A stretch of 64,000 nt of DNA from a virus. Below the pieces are notes generated by a model. That model made no database searches. It saw nothing but the letters and a program-made list of their open reading frames with translations, and was not told where the DNA came from. Numbering within the stretch: the first letter of the stretch is position 1; each line of letters opens with the position of its first letter. The translations under genes and the position numbers were made by a program. Location of the stretch: positions 1 through 64,000 of IMG/VR virus record IMGVR_UViG_3300010413_000016. The stretch is one strand, 5' to 3'. Positions 59,921 through 64,000 of the stretch are shown here, one piece after another.

Positions 59921-60400
59921 TTAGCTGAGTTTCTTTTTGATATTGTATTGATAAGTAGAAGCACCAGCTACTGACATGTTCAGTTCATTCATGAAACGTT
60001 GTACTACTTCCTTTCTTGCAGGATGGTTACCATTGACCATCATTTCCTGATAGACCTTCAAAGCACGTTCAGCTTTGGTTGGAACTTTCTCTTTCTTGAC
60101 TTTGACCTTAGGAGTACTTTTGATCTTCCGTACAGTTACCTTTTTCTCAGGTTTTGCCTGTTGTTGCTTTTGATCGTTTTCCATTTCTTCTTCAGACAAC
60201 TTGACAGCAGTCTCAGCATCAACCAATTTTGAAGTTGAGTGAGTCTCCAACCATTCTACTTTGTATGACGCTCTCCAATCCTGAAAGGAAGGAAACGGAT
60301 CTGAAGGAAAATCCATCTGCTCTTTCTCAATCTTGTATAGAGCAAGCAGGTTGATGTTGTTGGGGAATTTAGTTTCGATTGATTTGATTTGCTTCGCCAT
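59921..60400 (-). CDS. Early protein with C-terminal HTH-like domain (copy 2)
   Basis: Paralog of 56419 gene over its full length. Confidence 0.75.
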   Translation of the reverse strand: MAKQIKSIETKFPNNINLLALYKIEKEQMDFPSDPFPSFQDWRASYKVEWLETHSTSKLVDAETAVKLSEEEMENDQKQQQAKPEKKVTVRKIKSTPKVKVKKEKVPTKAERALKVYQEMMVNGNHPARKEVVQRFMNELNMSVAGASTYQYNIKKKLS

Positions 60401-60558
60401 GCGAAATCCTCTCTCTCGTTTGTTAACTGTTGAAGCTATTATCTTCTAAGTTGGGTCTCATGTCGACAAACTTTTCAATTTATTTTTCGTTGAAACACTT
60501 GCTGCATGTGATAGAGAGACTATCCAATAAGATGGGCCTGTTGTCAACAGGAACAGCG

Positions 60559-60692
60559 AAAAAAATGGGTGGCAGCAAAATGAGAGAGGAGCTGCCACCC
60601 ATAAGGGCAAGTTATCCGCCCTCAACATGTATTAATAATGCAACCGACAAAGAGAGTCCACAGGTTATGGGTTGAAATGCTTTGTCGGTTGC
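60559..60692 (-). ncRNA. Candidate 3'UTR-derived RNA ending in a terminator with anti-SD loop
   Basis: Stems 60640-60692, 60604-60622 and 60565-60602 (loop UCCUCUCUCAUUUU) plus U tract. Confidence 0.55.
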
Positions 60693-60693
60693 C

Positions 60694-60954
60694 TTAAACT
60701 GGTTTCTTGGCGACCTGCTCCATTATATAATCGCGCAGATCGTCTTTCATTTCTTCTTCACAATCATTGAAGTCGAACTTTTCAGTTCCATCAATGTTTG
60801 CAGCAAAAACGTTTGCCACACGTTGTGAAGTTTCATCAGAGAACCATTTGACGTTCAGACCAAGCTCATCAGCGAGTTCTTGACGTGTGTACGTTTGTTC
60901 TGCATTGCCGAACTGATCAGCAGGAACATGAAACTGCGCATTTGGATCTGACAT
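60694..60954 (-). CDS. Early hypothetical acidic protein
   Basis: Promoter and RBS. Confidence 0.65.
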   Translation of the reverse strand: MSDPNAQFHVPADQFGNAEQTYTRQELADELGLNVKWFSDETSQRVANVFAANIDGTEKFDFNDCEEEMKDDLRDYIMEQVAKKPV

Positions 60955-61014
60955 CTAACTTCTCCTCTCATTGGATGGAGCCATTATCGCTCCATCCTGA
61001 GTTGGTGTCAACAG

Positions 61015-61449
61015 TTATTCAGAACACTCTTTCTTGCAAGTATTTTGATATGTAGATGCACCTGCTTGAGTCATGTCAAGTTCTGCCATGAAACGAGTGA
61101 TAACATCTTTTCTTGCAGGATGTTGACCATCAACTATCATACTTTGGTAGATGGCAACTGCTTTTTCCTTTTTACTTGTACCATCTGTTGACTTTGTATG
61201 AGGTTTACGTTTGGTAGAGGTAGAAGTTGTCACTTCTTTCTCTTTTTTAGGAAGTGCAATTCTCCATTCTTTTGGCTCAGGAATTTCTTTGAGTGTGCCA
61301 TCATCATGAGGAATCTTTACAGTAGACCCATTAGGAGAAATCTCGATAATGGCATGCACTGCAGAGTAGTCAACTACTTTGCCATTATGAGTGAACTCAC
61401 CATTCTCATCTTCACCCTTCCACTCAACAAACTGACCTTTCGTAAACAT
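61015..61449 (-). CDS. Early protein: beta-rich N-terminus plus HTH-like C-terminus (copy 3)
   Basis: Start MFTKG; C-terminal DNA identical to 56419 gene. Confidence 0.72.
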   Translation of the reverse strand: MFTKGQFVEWKGEDENGEFTHNGKVVDYSAVHAIIEISPNGSTVKIPHDDGTLKEIPEPKEWRIALPKKEKEVTTSTSTKRKPHTKSTDGTSKKEKAVAIYQSMIVDGQHPARKDVITRFMAELDMTQAGASTYQNTCKKECSE

Positions 61450-61665
61450 TTTTGATTCTCCTCTCTCAACTGATGAGTCCATTATAGATCCACCGGTTGA
61501 AGAAGTCAACACAAATCATGAAATTTTTCTGTTGTTCCCAACTTCAACTATGTTGAAGGTGTGTTGATGTGAGTGATCAGATCTCATAACTGAATACTAT
61601 CTTCGTGATCAAATGTAGTGATAGAAGTGGATATATGCCACACTTCTAGCCTCTATTTTCTACCA

Positions 61666-61965
61666 TCAGTGGTGGAAATCATCATCAAAGAACGCGAACA
61701 GATACACCCCTTCTTCCTCGAGATTGTCAGAGTTAAATGCTAATCCCTTTTTGTGGTCACCTTTGTACTCAACGACAAAGTCTCCCAGCTCTGGATAGTC
61801 AACTTTGGGATGCCCAGCTTCTTGCATCAGTTCTACCAATTTGGCTGTGTCTCGTTCACTGATGCATGCATCGCCTGTGGACAAACTGAATGCATCGATA
61901 TCAATTACTTGAGTAACGATATCGAACATCTGTTGTGCCCACTCATTCAGAATCATGCCAGACAT
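61666..61965 (-). CDS. Early hypothetical acidic protein
   Basis: Promoter and RBS. Confidence 0.65.
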   Translation of the reverse strand: MSGMILNEWAQQMFDIVTQVIDIDAFSLSTGDACISERDTAKLVELMQEAGHPKVDYPELGDFVVEYKGDHKKGLAFNSDNLEEEGVYLFAFFDDDFHH

Positions 61966-62055
61966 CTCATATCTCCTTCCTCAACTGATGATGCTACTAT
62001 CCCACATCATCACAAGAAGATCAACAACATCCCACTACCATCCCACTTTCGTGGA

Positions 62056-62203
62056 ACAAAAAAAGAGGCCGACATGTGCCAGCCTCGAAAAGGAGGACGC
62101 TTGTGGTCCTCAGGGGGAAGAAGTGGTCGGCGGCCAAGAGAGAGGAGAGAGGGCGGCCGCCAACCGGGTAAACTTTCAAGCTACATCGTTCTCCTCAACC
62201 GAT
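62056..62203 (-). ncRNA. Candidate sRNA with start-stop ORF and anti-SD hairpin
   Basis: Promoter TTGCAT-17-TATAGT (62210-62238); GAGGAG RBS; ATG-TAG; three hairpins, the last with a U7 tract. Confidence 0.7.
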
Positions 62204-62227
62204 GACTCTACTATACTTTATTCCGTG

Positions 62228-62506
62228 TTAGGATGCAACAGGCTCCACCATGAAAGTTGTCAGCCAGTCGCATACATCTTCGTGGGTGAGCAGCTCAATA
62301 CCTTCCTCACCATCGCGAACGTACCAACTACATTCGTGGGCACATAGAGTGCTTGTTCCAACAATGTCAGTTACACTAAACTCGTTGGCTACCTCGATGA
62401 ACTGAGGAATCGTCAGTGATGAGCCATCTGAGTCGTTGTAGGCAATATCGCCATCAAGAGTATACTTGTGTCCATTGCCGAGTGTCGCTGCTCCATAAAT
62501 GTGCAT
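62228..62506 (-). CDS. Early hypothetical acidic protein
   Basis: Start MHIYG after cassette RBS. Confidence 0.65.
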   Translation of the reverse strand: MHIYGAATLGNGHKYTLDGDIAYNDSDGSSLTIPQFIEVANEFSVTDIVGTSTLCAHECSWYVRDGEEGIELLTHEDVCDWLTTFMVEPVAS

Positions 62507-62565
62507 TTGCTTTCTCCTCTCAATTGATGGGGCCATTATAGCCCCATCCTGAGTTGAAGTCAACG

Positions 62566-62877
62566 TTACATTGACCAATAGGTCTCTGAAGCAGGAGAGC
62601 ATGAGTTAGGAGTGTTGATCGGTTCCTGATACTCTTTGCCGCTCATCAGGTTGGTGCGAGTAACCATCTTCTCGATGTTCTCAGCAAAGTCACGACTGTC
62701 AGCAATCGCGTAGTCGTCCTTCGTAGCACCATCGTGGAGCTTACCTTTGTTGTCAAGACGAGTCAGCGCCGCTTTGGCTGCACGCTCAGTCTTGTAGCTC
62801 TCAACCCAACATCCCCACGACTTGCTCGGCGCTTTGAGGATCAGGGTGGTTTCTTTGTGATAGATTACGTAGCTCAT
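62566..62877 (-). CDS. Early phage protein
   Basis: YKTERAAKAALTR...NLMSGKE...PASETYWSM. Confidence 0.7.
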   Translation of the reverse strand: MSYVIYHKETTLILKAPSKSWGCWVESYKTERAAKAALTRLDNKGKLHDGATKDDYAIADSRDFAENIEKMVTRTNLMSGKEYQEPINTPNSCSPASETYWSM

Positions 62878-62939
62878 TTTGTTTCTCCTCTCTCAAGTGT
62901 TGAAGTAATTATAGCCCAACACCTGAGAGAAGTCAACGG

Positions 62940-63167
62940 TTAGAGTTTCAACTCTTCTTTCAGCGCATCATAGATTGCCTGGCGAAATTCTCGAGTCTCT
63001 TCGGAGTACATGTCCTTGATATTCTCGTCGATCCAGTCGGCGATCTCTTCACCATCTTTGATGCCTCCATCACTGGCAAGCCACTCGTACGGACTTTCGA
63101 TTGGGTTCTCGTAGTGGGCCATCATCAGACAGGCAATGTGTTTGGCTGCCTTTGTCATTGTGTTCAT
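62940..63167 (-). CDS. Early hypothetical protein
   Basis: GAGGAG RBS. Confidence 0.6.
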   Translation of the reverse strand: MNTMTKAAKHIACLMMAHYENPIESPYEWLASDGGIKDGEEIADWIDENIKDMYSEETREFRQAIYDALKEELKL

Positions 63168-63222
63168 TTATATCTCCTCATTTGATGAGGAGCGTCGCTC
63201 CTCATCAAACTGTTGACAACGT

Positions 63223-63537
63223 TTACTTTTCGCTGTTTTCGAGATGCTCTTTGTAGTACTCGATGGCAGCTTCAACGCGATCGTCACCATCGATGCCGTA
63301 GATCTTGTAGTCGCCCATCGTGGTGGTGTTCTCATCATTGATATACTCGAACCCACCATAGTACTCGAGTGAGCGGATATTGTGTGCCTTGGTGATGATC
63401 AGCTCGTCATTAAGGTCAACGAACACGTGACCAGCACGTGAGTCAAGGCCGATCTTGTCAGCACGAACGTATGGAAGATCCTCAATGACGTTGCCAAGCA
63501 TCTCGTTTGCTTCGTCGATTACGTTCAGTAGTTCCAT
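63223..63537 (-). CDS. Early hypothetical protein
   Basis: Start MELLNV; LEYYGGFEY. Confidence 0.65.
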   Translation of the reverse strand: MELLNVIDEANEMLGNVIEDLPYVRADKIGLDSRAGHVFVDLNDELIITKAHNIRSLEYYGGFEYINDENTTTMGDYKIYGIDGDDRVEAAIEYYKEHLENSEK

Positions 63538-63592
63538 TGCTTCTCTCCTTTCGTGATTGATGGGGCCATTATAGCCCCATCCTGAATTGAAG

Positions 63593-63814
63593 TCAACGTT
63601 CGATGTACTCACCGTTGAGCCAAGCCTGCATTACCTCTACAGTTTGACGTACTTGATCTTCGGTCATTTGGATGGAAGCAGGAGAACGGTCTCCTGGTAC
63701 GATACCTTGGTTCAGTTGAAGACAACGACCTGGTGTGATACCACGGAATGAAGTCAACATTACTTCTTGAACGTTTCCAGTTTCATCGATTGCTGATTTC
63801 AGATTGATGCTCAT
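63593..63814 (-). CDS. Early hypothetical protein
   Basis: GGAGG RBS. Confidence 0.6.
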   Translation of the reverse strand: MSINLKSAIDETGNVQEVMLTSFRGITPGRCLQLNQGIVPGDRSPASIQMTEDQVRQTVEVMQAWLNGEYIER

Positions 63815-63827
63815 GATGCATCCTCCC

Positions 63828-63926
63828 TTAGTACCCCATTCCAGTGGCAGTGAACAGGGCGAGTCCAGCCAGGATGGTCGGAGTGGTGACTACAACTGCT
63901 GCGATGATGATTACTTCCTCTTTCAT
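63828..63926 (-). CDS. 32-aa single-TM peptide, paralog of 55818-55916
   Basis: MKEEVIIIAAVVVTTPTILAGLALFTATGMGY; own promoter and RBS. Confidence 0.7.
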   Translation of the reverse strand: MKEEVIIIAAVVVTTPTILAGLALFTATGMGY

Positions 63927-64000
63927 GATGATCTCCTCTCACTATGAGTACATTATTGCTCAACCACACCAAGAAGTCAACAGTGGTTGGGATCTTGGCC

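Larger units (their letters stand above)
56450..61143. repeat. 98-bp identical dispersed repeat (56450-56547 = 61046-61143)
   Basis: Identical DNA encoding the shared C-terminal domain. Confidence 0.92.
58619..63597 (-). repeat. Near-identical 45-50 bp promoter/RBS cassette, four copies (about 58619, 59868, 62514, 63556)
   Basis: ctcctctcaattgatggggccattatagccccatcctgagttgaagtcaac; fourth copy partial. Confidence 0.92.
55611..63981 (-). promoter_or_regulatory. Array of about 20 sigma70-type early promoter plus RBS cassettes
   Basis: TTGAC(T/A)-17 bp-(T/G)ATA(A/G)T before nearly every gene; -35 boxes at 55972, 58663, 59912, 61006, 61504, 62019, 62233, 62558, 63591 and others; GAGAGGAG-type RBS. 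Confidence 0.88.

Noticed and set aside
57206-62154. Plus-strand reading of the hairpin loops as GGA-type CsrA sponges
   Set aside because: U tracts, G-U pairs and nearby promoters point to the minus strand; kept only as a minor alternative
62116-62186. TAG readthrough or alternative genetic code at ATG-TAG
   Set aside because: TAG ends many ordinary genes here, long genes are not interrupted by TAG, and readthrough gives only a short implausible peptide across a hairpin
55600-64000. CRISPR array or integron attC cassettes
   Set aside because: Repeats are promoter/RBS units separated by whole genes of variable length; no cas or integrase gene, no constant spacer length, no clear attC R/L box structure
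1-64000. tRNA or rRNA genes
   Set aside because: No cloverleaf with T-loop consensus recognised by eye; tRNAscan-SE would be needed to exclude them

Overview
Segment of a large T4-related (jumbo-type) dsDNA phage genome, inferred from gene content and promoter types. 1-11 kb: recombination and replication genes (UvsX, UvsY, UvsW, clamp loader subunits, N-half of a split DnaE-like polymerase, GroES-like protein). 11-21 kb: tail/baseplate structural proteins with shared modules and a recurrent Gly-Ser-Pro motif, then the C-half of the DnaE-like polymerase. 24-41 kb: nucleotide metabolism, including a dispersed 7-deazaguanine DNA-modification set (FolE2, QueD, QueE, DpdL-like, DpdA/TGT-like) and a membrane cassette (GluR0-type K+ channel, TAXI-domain chimera, YjfK-like protein, PspA). 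41-55 kb: rIIA/rIIB, PRPP synthetase, macro domain and small accessory genes. After a T/G-tract boundary at about 55.3-55.65 kb, a minus-strand early region carries about 20 sigma70-type promoter/RBS cassettes. In most, the -10 box sits in the loop of a sequence-variable inverted repeat. The region also has three GC-rich RNA hairpins with anti-Shine-Dalgarno loops complementary to the early-gene RBSs, one in a transcript whose only RBS-led ORF is ATG-TAG. This hairpin-promoter plus anti-SD RNA architecture is the best candidate for an undescribed system. All family calls are from motif recognition; no database searches were run.
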